Shown here: one piece after another, positions 25,601 to 37,600 of the stretch | How the letters are laid out: each line of letters starts with the position of its first letter | How positions within the stretch are numbered: the first letter of the stretch is position 1 | Origin: Isurus oxyrinchus | Lineage: Eukaryota | Assembly: GCA_026770705.1 (NCBI GenBank) | Contig: JANJGN010000021.1 | Span: forward strand, 105,152,001 to 105,216,000 | Direction of reading: 5' to 3' | Length of the DNA stretch: 64,000 bases | Translations under genes and position numbers: made by a program | The notes under the pieces: generated by a model | The model's database searches: none | Told to the model about the DNA's origin: nothing | What the model saw: the letters and a program-made list of their open reading frames with translations, nothing else

Positions 25601-28600
25601 GTACACTCTGTCCCTTCCTGTCACACCGTGGATATCATTACCTAAGTAACTGCCCTGCAATGCCGCCAAACCCTTTTGCTTTGTGAGCTGACTTATCCCC
25701 TCTCAGGAACCCTCACACTCTATATTTAGTTTAAAGCTCTCTCTACAACACTAGTTATTCAATTCACAAGGACGCTGGTCCCAGCATGGTTCAAGTGAAG
25801 CCTATCCCAACGGAACAACTCCCTTCTGCCCTAGTACTCTTGCCAGTGCCCCATGAATTGAAGCCCATTCCTGCCACACCAATCTTTGAGCCATGCATTT
25901 AACTCCTTGATTTATTTACCCTATGGCGGTTTTCCTGTGGCTCAGGTATTAACTCCGAGGTTACTACCTTGCAGTTTCAGCTTTTTTATTTAGCTCTTAA
26001 CTGTTCAAATTATTTCAGCAGAACCCCCTTTCTAGTCCTATCAATGTCGTTGGTACCAACGTGGACGACGACAACTGGATCCCTCCCCTCCCATTCCAAG
26101 TTCCTCTCTAGCTCTGAGGAGACGTCCTTAACCCTGGCAACGGGCAGGCAACACAGCCTTTGGGAATCAGGCTCACGGCTGCAGAGAACAATTTCTATCC
26201 CCCTAATTATACTGTCCCCTACCACTATTATGCTCCTACTTCCTCCCCACCTCTTGAATGGCTCCCCAGACCATATTGCCCTAGCCAGTTCATTCATCCT
26301 ACCTACAGCCCCTGCTTTCATCCACACAGCTTGCAAGAACCTCGTAACAGTTGGACAATTGCAGGGGCCAAGGCTCCTTGAAAGCTACTCCCGGGGCCCC
26401 CATACCTGCCTCACCTGCAGTCACACCCTCCTGTCCCTGACCACAGACCAAATTTGAATTATCTAACCTATGGGGTGTGACCACCTCCAGGAGCAAAGTG
26501 TTCAGGTAACTTTCCCATTCCTGAATGTTGCACAATGTCTGCAGCTCAGACTCTAGCTCCTTAACTCGGATCCGAAGTTCCTCGAGCTGCAAGACTTTCT
26601 ACAGATGTGTTTGCTCTGTATCACCTAGGTGTCCAGTAGCTCCCATATGCCTCAGCAGCAGTGCATCATCAGTCCTGCCATCGCTCCCTTATCTCATGTA
26701 ATATATTAAGTAATTACTCTAGTATCCCTGCTCTTTACACTTCATTGAAATTAATTTTTTACACCAGTATCAAACTTTTCACATTTGTCCCGGCATGGGG
26801 AGCAGTGGGGCTTGATATTACAGTACACTATCTCCAGTAAGCCGTGACAAAGTTTGGGGGCTCGAGTCCTGGCTATTTTGGAACAAATGACAATAACGAT
26901 TTAGGTGTAGATTCAATAAGTACTAGAAGCTAAAAGGAAACACCAGGTTAGTATCATCAAAAATAATCGAATTGGCAAGTAAATTAAGAGTAGGGTTGAC
27001 TGCCAAACCTATGTAGATAGAGATAATCAAAGAGAAAGCACAGCATTTAAAACTGGAAGGGCTACCTGAGAGACTGAATTCTCCAAGGGCTAATGCATTG
27101 GAATGGCTCAAATTCATTTACAAATACAAACATTGGAACTAGAAGCCACAGAAAAAGAAAGAGAAAGGGCATTCCAAAGGGAACAAGCAGAAAGGCGGGA
27201 GAGAGAAAGAAAACAGGAAAGGGAATTACAAATGGCAAGGTTAGAAATGGAGGGAAGAGAAAAAGAGAGAGAAAGCGAATATCAGCTTACAATGCTGATA
27301 GCAAATCAAGACACAACAGTAGGTGAGGCAGGACCTATCTCCATATCAGAATCCAGAGGGGAGATGTTTAAAATTGCACAGGCTCTTTCAAAATTTGAGG
27401 AAAGGGATGCTGAAACATTCTCTATTTCATTTGATAAGCTAGCTAAACAGATGAACTGGTCAATGGAACACTGAACATTGCCCACAGAGAGAAAACTGAC
27501 AGGAAGCACAGGAAATTTATGCTTCACTGTCAGAGGAGGTTTCTAGGGATTATGATGTGGTGAAAATGGCCATTTGAGTGCAAATGAGTTTGTCCTTGAA
27601 GCATACAGACTAAAGCTTCGAAATTTAAGGAAATGGCCTGGGCAAACTTACATTGAATTTGAAAGACTTAAATTAAACAGTTTTGACAGATAGATACGAG
27701 CACTAGGAGTTGAAACTACCTCTGACGTTCTCAGCGAAATCATTCTCTTAGAATAATTTAAAACCCATGTTGAAGATCAAAGGGTTGCAACTTCAAGATA
27801 GGTAACAGTAATGGCTGACGATTATGAGCTGATCCATAAAAGCAAACCTTTTTTCCATTACGCCCATAGGCTTGAGAAGGATAGAAAATGGGAGAGTGAA
27901 AGGAAGGCGAATAGCCAGGGTAAAGAATGGATTGCTGGGAGTACATTGTGATCTCCTACCCAGATCAAGAAGCAAGGTACTGAGGGTGGAGGTGAAACTC
28001 GAAGGCCGAAGTGTTATCACTGTAATATAATGGGGCACATACATACAGAATGCTGGAAGTTGCTTGGGAAGCGTTTGGGAATAATTGGAGTTAGTAAGAG
28101 TGAGTCCGAAAAGAGAACTCAAAAACAAAATGCCACGGACCAAATTGCAGCTTTAACTCCAAATAAGGGTCTAGAGGTAAACACTGCTTTGAATGCAGGT
28201 GAAGTGAATAAGGTAGATGAGATACATAAAGGGTTTTGTCTAAAGGGAAAATAACCCCCTCTTCATAAAATGATGCAGCTGAACCCATAACTATATTAAG
28301 GCACACAGGAGCTACTCAAACTCTTTTGCTGGAGAAGGACCTAATTTTCCCTGCAGAGAGTTCAATGAAAGCTAAAGTATTGGTAAACCGGATAAGTGGA
28401 GAGTATATTCTGGTTCCATTGTACAAAGTGCAATTGGAATGTCATTTGTTGTCTGGATCAGTGGTTGTAGGAGTGGGTAAGAAATTACCCACGGAAGGAG
28501 TGGATCTACTCCTGGGGAATGATTTGGCAGGATTGAAGGTTATAGCTTCGTCCACAATCACAGAAAGTCCGAAAGAGGCTAAAGAGACAGAGCAATTACA

Positions 28601-31600
28601 AGAACGAATTCCTGCTATATTTCTATCGTGTTTGGTGACCAGCACAATGGCTAAACAAAGTCCATCACCAGAGGTCAAAGTAATACCTCAAGCAGTCATT
28701 GGAATAGCCGAGGCTTTCTTCAATGTTCAATGGGGAGCTGGTGGAAATGGCACATGCAGGCTCTATTGGAATTAATGAAACAGTGACCTAACTGGAATCT
28801 AATCACAAGCAACAAGAATTGAGAGAGCTAAAACAGAACCTTAAAACCTCCAATAATGAAAAGGCAGAGTTCTCCATGAAAATAACAGAATTTACAGAGG
28901 AGGTTGCTTTACGAGCAAGTAAAATACAACAACTTCAAGGGGAATTAAAGGAAGCACCTGTTCGGGTTGATACTTTGGTAGAAAGTGAAACAGCCCTTAA
29001 AGATAAATTGCAGACCTTTGAAGGGACTAACAGTCAAACTTTGCTAGAAAGAACAGAATTCAAAAGCCGTGTAAGTGAACTGAAAACAAAACAGAAGAGC
29101 AGAGCCAGGGTAAGATTCGTGAGCTTTGCAGTTTGCTGAAGGAAACTGAGGAATATGAGAAACAGCTTCGAGAAAAGTCTGTTCATCTTCAGAATGCAAA
29201 CGAAATCAAAAGCTAAATACAGCAATTCATTCATTATTTTAATGAAGCAAATGGAAAAATAAAGCTACAAACTAATGACTTAAATATAAGGTGCACTGAA
29301 CAAATGAACATTCTTCATGAGCGTATTATAGGCTACCAAACTCAAATTGAAAGATAGAAAAGGCAGTTGTGAAAAGGGTCAATAGGGTTGGTGAACTAGA
29401 AGTTAAAGTCAAAGAGATAGTAAATCAAAATGCGTTATTGAATGATTCAATACAGAATATGACAAAACAACTGAAAAATGAACAAGAAAACTTTAAGGCA
29501 TTGCAACCTGAACTACAAAATGTTACAGAACACACCCCAGCAAGAAAGGAAACATTACATTCAAGTATTAGATAAGATGGAGATGTGCATCAAACAACAT
29601 AGAATAAACGTGTCAGAAAGTGCATGTGCGCACGAATCCAGCACAGAACAGCTAAATGGAAGAGAATTACTGATCCGGAACTTGGAGGAACAATTAAGTG
29701 ATCTGGAATTGCCGCTTGAGCACAGTGCTTAGCTTTCAGATAAGGAAGAAGCTATTTCATTGCTTAACAAACAATACCAAGTGGAACAACAAAAGCTGCT
29801 GGAGAAAATAGGTCTGTTATCTGCAAGTATTGAAATTGTTCCTAAAGAGAAAGTTTCAGCTCATTAACAAGAAGGCCAGTATAAAAAGCAGTTGACAGAA
29901 TGGAACAAAAAGATGGAATCAAAACAACAACAAAATGAAAGAGCTTGAGTCACAATTTGAGACTTCTCAAAGAAAATGAAGAGAAGGATGACCATTTATC
30001 AAAATTAGAACAGGGACAGGAACAAAAGCACAAAGGAAACTGGGTTAAGTCCAATAGTAATGATGCAGGACAGGGGAAGAGTAAAGATTTAGAACAAAAG
30101 AGCAAAATTCAAAAGCTAGGAAAGGGATAGAATTAGAAGCAAATAAGGCCAAAGGAACAGAGATAAAGTACAAAAAAAAGGAACGATAACAAAGAAACAC
30201 TAATCTACACTGACCATAATCCGCTGGCGTTCATTGAAAAGTTTAAAACTCGAAATGCGAGACTTTAGATGGAGTCTATTGTTTCAACCATTCAATGTAA
30301 AGATTGTTTATATTGCCAGTATAGATAATGTGATTATGGATGCATTGTCCCGGGTGTTAAAAACTGAAATAAGTTAAAGGGAATAAAATATGCTTAAGAC
30401 AGTGTATTGGGGAGAAAGATTGAATGGATATAAGTCTCTTGCTTTGTTGTCCATGTGTCGCATACCTGGTGATGAAACACATTTTAGAAATAGTGTTCTA
30501 AGTGTGGAGGCATGTAAGCAGCATTTATTTTTATTTCTGTTGGACTGTTGTAAAGAGCATTTATTTTCTTGGGCTGTGGTTTTATAAATGGGACTGTGGC
30601 TTTTAAACTACCAGGGCTGCAGTTGAAAGATATGTTCCTAGAGCAGGATGTGGAATACACAATGTTGCTATCTCCTGGGATAGAAGGTGCCAGAGTGGAC
30701 AACATGGTGATGGAAAGGGGGGCGGCCTGGCAAACAGTGTTTTAATTGGTTCCTGATCAGGTGGTCAAGGTTTTTTGTGATAACGGTGAGCAGAGAGATC
30801 CTAGCCTGCAAAGAGAACACACCAAAAACCTCTCTGTCCTGTGAGTGTAAGATTCCAGAAAATCTACAAGACCAGCTAGCTGGCTTTTTCTTCACATCTC
30901 TAATCTGCTCTCTCTGAAAAGACCCCCTGTCAAAGGGAAAAGGGGAAAATCACCAGTAGAGACATTGAAAAGCGAGTTTTCAATCAGCAAGCTACAAACT
31001 GAAAGTGCTTGAAGACCATCCCGTATCATTAACAACGAACTGAAAGGAATTCGGGAAGGCATCAATCAAAATCAGCCCATCTAATCCCACACTTAGGATT
31101 GGTGCTTTTGAACTGTTTTGCCTCACCCTTAAAACTCATGTTTTGTATGTCTTACGTGTGTGTTTGTGTATAGGGGTTAGGAAGGGGCAGAGTTTAAGTT
31201 ATAGTGTTAAAAGTTATCAGTTCATATTTCTTTCTCGTGCCACTGGTTAAGGACAATGTCTTTAATAAAATTATTTACTCGTTAAGTTTACAAATCTGGT
31301 GTTCGTATTCTGTTAACCTAAATTAAACAGTTAGGGAGAATTGGACAATTTAGTGGTCTAGTCAATATTTTCATTTTTGTCTCAGCTGGGGGAGCAGTGG
31401 GGCTTGATATTGCAGCACGCTATCCCCAGTGAGTCGTGACAATAGTTACCAAGACATCCGATAGGCAATTTAGAAGAAACCTCTTTACCCAAATAGTGGT
31501 AAGAATGTGCGACTCTCTACCACAAAGAGTGTTTGAAGTATATAATATAAATGCATTTAACGGTAAAATAGACAAGCATGTGAAGGGAGATGAAATAGAT

Positions 31601-34600
31601 GGTTAGCATGCTATACTTAGATGAAAAAGTTGGGAGGAGGTTTGAGTATAGCATAAACACCGGCATGAACTGGTTAGGCCGAGTTCCCAGTGTCTTTACC
31701 GTATATCCTATGCAATCCACTGTAATTGAAATATGCCTATGACATAAGCCATGACATTCACTGTCGCTGGGTCAACTTCCTGGAACTCCTTTCCTAACAG
31801 CGCTGTGGGTGTACCTATATCGCTACAGCGGTTCTAGAAGGCAGCTCACCACCACCTTCTTAAGGGCAATTAGGGATGAGCAATAAATGCTGACCCAGTC
31901 AGCGGAGCCCACGTCCCGTGAATGAATAAAAATTATGTATAGCTTCAAATTAGGCAATATCATTAAATGCCTTTCTAAAATTAATGCAAACACCTCATTA
32001 AGTGTATTTTGGTAAATAAGAATAATCGTGGTAATGTTAATATTATAGTGTCAATCATGCTGATTATTTTAGTGTCAGTGTAGGTATATTACAATGTAAG
32101 CCATACATCAGCCGTGTTATTCTTTACATATATAGTCATTCATACTTTGAGGAAAGACATAGGTTTGTAGTAATTCATTCCATATTGTGATGAAGTTGAA
32201 TTTTGGATAATTACCTGGAAGTCCACGGCAGAACAGAGTATAAATTATTTTAGTTAGTATGAGAGCCAGCAGCACAAGCGCCAGCACTGAGAATATAAGC
32301 AGATATATATTCCATTGTCTTGGCAGCGATGTTACTTCAGAATCAACGTGACCTGCAGAGAGAGAACAAAAACAGTTTTTCTTTCCATCTTCCTCTGCGT
32401 ATTTGATGATGGCTAATCTTGGTTTTTATGCTTCAGTTGAAAAACCGCAGGTGGGTAGCAACAGCTCGGTGCACAGCAGAGAACCAAAATGCTGAGCAGA
32501 TTAAGGCAGAAAAGACCTGTCACTCACTATCCACCTCCGCGTTTTTGATGATGGCTAATATTGGTTTTATGCTTCAGCTTGAAAACCGCAAGTGAGTAGC
32601 AACGCCTCGGTGCACAGCAGAGAACCAAAATGATGAACAGGTTAAGACAGAAAAAGCGTGTTAACATCTTCCTTTGTGTTTTTGTGATTATTATTGTTAG
32701 CAGTACGTTTTAATTAAAAACAAAACAACTTAGAGTGGGAGACAAGATCACTCCTGCAGCACGGAGATGGTGAGCAGATAAAGCCGCAAGTAAGGGACAT
32801 TTCGGTAAATACAAGCCTGCAGATTTCAGTGGGTGCCTTTGGGGGTGGGGGGGGTGGGTGGGGGTGGGAGGCGAATGGTGGTTTGTGGGAGTTCCCGACG
32901 TGTGCTTTGCCCTGTGCGTCTCTCTCTCTCTCGATTGCGTTGTCTATTTCTAGAAGGACGACGTTTGTCACACAAATGAATTATTTATTTTCCATTTGTT
33001 CAAGCCAGGAATTTTAGTGCGGGAGTAGCACATAGGAGGATGTCACGAGTTCTCACTGCGCATCCAACAGTAAACAGTAATTTCCCAAGTATAAGAATGG
33101 TTGAAATGTCTTCAGTTTCGTCACAACATCAAATGGCACCTATGCCATTGCTCCTATGCTGTTTTACGATAGAGGTAAAGGAAATATGATTCAACGCTTT
33201 GTTTAGCTATTCTACCCATGCAACACCTTGATATCAGGCGTGCACAATAGCGAGAGACCTAATGAACCCTCACAGAGCATGAATCCTCCCTTCTATTCTG
33301 GCGTGTCTGATTTAAATTCTTGGAATGTTGTGCCCGGAGTGACAGGTCCGGCCAACGGCAGTCACGTGACAACACCTAATGAAGAAGGGATCATAAACTC
33401 AAATTATTTTTTCTGTCACTTTTTTTATATAATGATTATTTAAGAAATGGACCTTGTGCAGCTATCGGTCATTCCACTGTACTGTTGTAGCAGTTGGGTA
33501 TTTCTGTCGAAAGTAATGTGCAACTTACGATAACTTCATTGCCGACGTCTATCCGTATGGTTTCAGCAAGGTTACATGAACTGATTGCAAGCTACAGTGG
33601 CTAAAACCGTTTTCAAAATTGACTCTTTCCAGTTGATTACTTCATCGTGTGGAGGATATGTGGTATGTAATTACTGATGGTTGAAGTTCAATGAGGTGCT
33701 TGGAATTGTATCCTGATTTTTGTGAGGTTTTTGTTAACTTGTTCACTAATATGGGCATTGCCGACAAGTCTAGCAATTATTGTACATCCCTGATTGCTCT
33801 TGAAAAGTTAGCAGGGAACCTCCTTCTTGAGAGCTGAGTAGTTTGCTAGGCCATGTGAAGGAAACTTAAGAGTCAAGCACATTCCTGTAGGTTTGCATAT
33901 AACTGCCAGCAGTAATATATCGGCCCAAGCCAGGTCAGGTTGGCGTGCTTCCTTTCCTAAAGTGTATTAGTAAACCAGACAGATTGTTGTGCCAATCTGG
34001 CAGTTGGAATACTCACTAAAACTTATACAAGATTTCCTTTTCCGCATCAATTTACTGCTGTGGTGGGATTTGAATTCATTGCCTCACTATCATTAGGCGA
34101 GCTGACTGGGACACAAGGCTGCAGAGCAGCATCGAATTGAAAAGTTCTGATTGTTTCGGGGAAGAGAAACTAGCCGAAGCTAAAATTCTCAACTTCAAAG
34201 CTATTTGAAACGTGTGTTGAGACTTGAGAGAAGTAGAAAATGTGATTTTAGAATCTTCTCACTTTTCCATCAATTTTATCCTGAAGTCAGATGAGGGAAA
34301 TGTACAACAAAGGCGGAACATTTTAATTACTCAGAATTTACAACAAAGTAATGGGCCGTTCGGTCCAGTTGGACTATGCTGCTGTTTATGTCCAACACCA
34401 GCCTTATCTCCCGGAATCTCATCCGCATTACTGTCTATTGCATTCTCTCTTGCAGCAATCTGTTACAAATGGTACTCATGGCGTTCCCCATCATTAGCTC
34501 CATGGGGTTTAATGCTAGTGATGGGAAGGTACTTTTCTGTGTGTACCATATCAGGAAAGGGTTTGAATGGACTGGCTCATTGGCCTTGGCATTGCATGAC

Positions 34601-37600
34601 GAATGACGGTGGTGGCAAGCCATGTCCCATGTCACCAGTGAAGTTAGGGTCTGAGGTTTCTGAGGAGATTTCCTGGCTTGGCATACAGTTCTTCTTAGGG
34701 TAAGTATGGACATGCTCGGTGTGCTGCCTTGTCTGAAGGCGAATGTGTTCAGATGGGTGTTGTGGACGTCAGAGGGTCTGGATTGCAATTGTGGAGTGCA
34801 GCAGCTAAATGTTCTTCTGTGGTCACTACGGCACTGAAGGATACAGCACCTTCAATCCACACAGCATTCTGATTTGGATATCTATCTCTGCTCCTTCTTC
34901 GTTGCTGGGCAAAAATCCTGCAACTTCCTCCTTACCAGCACCGAGAACGTACCTACACCACATGGACAGCAGTGGCTCAAGAAGGCGGTTCACTACCACC
35001 TTCTCATGGTCAATTAAGGAGGGTAACAAATGATGATCCTGCCAACAGTTCTCGCACCCCAGGGAATAATAGATAAATACTGGATACCTCTAAATTTTGG
35101 GATGTGACTATGGTTATTATTAATAAATCACATTTAGTGCACATATCACATTCTAATGCAATTGCAGCTGCAACAGGTCGTTAACAATTATTTCTTCTCA
35201 ATGGTACGAAGGACCAATATAAATTGGAGCAAGGCCAATTTCAGTGGAGTGAGAATGAACCTATTCCAGGTACTGTATATTGGAATCAAAGATTAGCAGA
35301 TAAAACTGCAATGGAACAATATGCTACAATTAAAGAGGAGATGGCTCTGGCATTATTGATTTGTAATCGCAAAGGGGGGAAAGCTAAGCAAACAAAGTCA
35401 GAGCTCCGTAGATGATGAAAGGTAGAGAATAAAATGTGGTAGCGAAGGGCCTATGACTGGGTTGTAAATTTTGAGTAATTAAAATGTTCCACCTTTGTTG
35501 TACATTTCCCTCATCTGAAAACTGTCACAAATGACGCATGCAGTTATTTGTCTTCAGGATGAAATCGATGGAAAAGTCAGATGATTCTGAAATCACATTT
35601 TCTACTTCTCTCAAGACTCAACACACGTTTCAAATAGCTTTGAAGTTGAGAACTTTAGCTTTGACTAGTTTCTTTTCCCCGAAATAATCAGGGCTTTTCA
35701 ATTCGATGCTGCTCCGCAGCCTCGTGACCCGGTCAGCTGGCCTAATGATAGTGAGGCAATGAATTCAAATCCCACCACCGCAGTTGGGGAATTTGCATTC
35801 AATTAATTAAATGCATGCGGAAAAAGAAAGCTTGCATCAGTTTTAGCGAATATTTCAACTACCAGATTGGCACAACAATCTATCTGGTTTACTAATACAC
35901 TTTAGAAAAAGAAGTGTGCCAGCCTGACTATATATGTCTATTGTCAATGCAATTAAGAACCAGGCTGAGAATAGGAAATACAGAGCAGAAGTTTAAATCA
36001 AATAAAGGGGGCAAAGAGAGACTATGGGGAGAGGCTAGCAGCTGACATAAAGGGAATAGAAAAGTTTACAAGCATATAAATAGAAAACGGGAGTAGGGCA
36101 AGGAGCTGGCCCGGATCAGGGCCAAAAGGTTGAGCTACACATGGAGGTTGAGGGCGTGGCTGAGAAACAATTGAATACTTAGCACCTCTCAATACAAGGA
36201 AGACATTGCTGCCAAAGTCCCAGTGAAAGAGGGATAGTAGAGATGCAGGATATAGTAAAAATTGATAGAGAGGAAAGATTCGAAAGGCTGATTGTGCTTA
36301 AAGTTGATAAGCCATGAAGAGTGGATGAGATGCATCCCGGGTTGCTGTGAGAAGGAAGGGAGGGAGTGGCAGTGACACTGGCCATAATCTTCCAAACGTC
36401 CTTCAATACATGGGTGGTGCCAGAGGACTGGAGAATTGCAAATGTTACATTATTGTTCAAAAACACAGAAAATACAGGCCAGTCAGTTTAACCTCTGTGA
36501 TTTAAAAAAAAGCTTATGGGGATGATGATTGGGGGCAAAATCAGCAGTCACTTGGACAGGTGTGGGTTTATTAGGGAAAACCAGCATGGATTTATTCAAA
36601 TCGAGTCATGTTTAACTATCTTAAGTTTCTCCATTGAGTTAACTGCAAGGGCTGATCAGGGTAAAGTGGTGGATGCAATGCACGTGCACTTCCATTTCCA
36701 AACAGTGTTTGATAATGTGCAACATATTAGACTTGGCAGCAAAGTTCAAGGTTGTGGGGTCAAAGGAAAGGGTGGCCGAGTAACAGGAAAGGGGAAGGAG
36801 CGAGGAATGGTTGTTTCTTTGTTGGACTGGAGAAAGGTCAGGGGTTAGAACTAGGACCTCTGTATTCCTTGACACATGCGCAAAAACAAAATTTCAGATG
36901 ACAAAACTTTGTGAACTGTGAGGAGGATTAATAAATTTCCAAATGGCATAGACAGGCTGGGGAAGGGATAGACACATGGCAGAATGACATGTAATGCAGA
37001 GAAACGTGAAGCGCTATATTTTGTTAGGGAGAACAAGGAGAGACAATCTAAATAAAGGCCACAATTCTAAAGAGGGTGCAGGAACACAGAGTGACAGGAA
37101 CTATAGAGGACATAAATGCAGTATTGTTGAATGTAACAGGGCATGCTGAGAAAATCGTTCACAAGGTATTCAGGATCCTGAGATTTATAAGTGGAGACAT
37201 GCAATACAGAAGCAAGGAAGCTATGATGAACATTTATAAACCTCTTCTTCGGCCTCAACTGGGGTATTGTGCCCAATTCTGTGCATGACGCTTTAGGAAG
37301 GATGTCAGGGCTATAGAGTGGATGCGAAAATGATTAATGGAAGTGTATCTGGGTATTAGTGACCTCAGTCATTTTGACAGATTGGAGAACCTAGGCTTGT
37401 TTCTCCTTCGGGAGGAAAGGTCGAGAAGAGACTAATCGAAGTTTTCAAAATCATGAGGGCCCTGGACAGAATGGATAGGGAGAAACCGTTCCCTTGTGCG
37501 GTAGGGCCGAGAACCAGAGGAAACAAAATGACCAACAGTGACATGAGGGAAAAGAAAAGCATTTTTTTGCGCAGCGGGTGGTTAGGATCTGGAAGAATGT

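Larger units (their letters stand above)
21776..26849 (+). repeat. 5' LTR (21776-~22720 plus ~26765-26849), split by a CR1 insertion and containing the assembly gap
   Basis: Aligns by eye to 30513-31441 and ends ...GCCGTGACA. Confidence 0.85.
21776..31441 (+). mobile_element. Degenerate non-autonomous Gypsy (Gmr1-like) LTR retrotransposon carrying a captured GOLGA4-like segment
   Basis: Two homologous LTRs, a tRNA-Pro-type PBS, gag with a CCHC knuckle, protease, RNase H C-terminus next to the 3' LTR, and a near-perfect 4-bp TSD (ATAC/ATAG). Confidence 0.88.
16210..31720 (+). mobile_element. Old CR1 LINE split into pieces (about 16210-16630, 18700-19130, 20460-21775, 31442-31720) by nested insertions
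   Basis: Endonuclease, RT and 3'-end remnants occur in collinear order. The sequence ...ACTAGAAGCTATCAGCATACGATAC resumes as ATAGTTACCAAG... after the LTR element. Confidence 0.65.

Noticed and set aside
28819-30130. Coiled-coil ORFs as a functional host gene or env-like ORF
   Set aside because: They have multiple stops and frameshifts, no splice structure, signal peptide or TM, and lie between LTRs; treated as decayed cargo.
32386-32690. Repeats as a CRISPR-like array
   Set aside because: It is a simple tandem duplication with no unique spacers and no cas genes.
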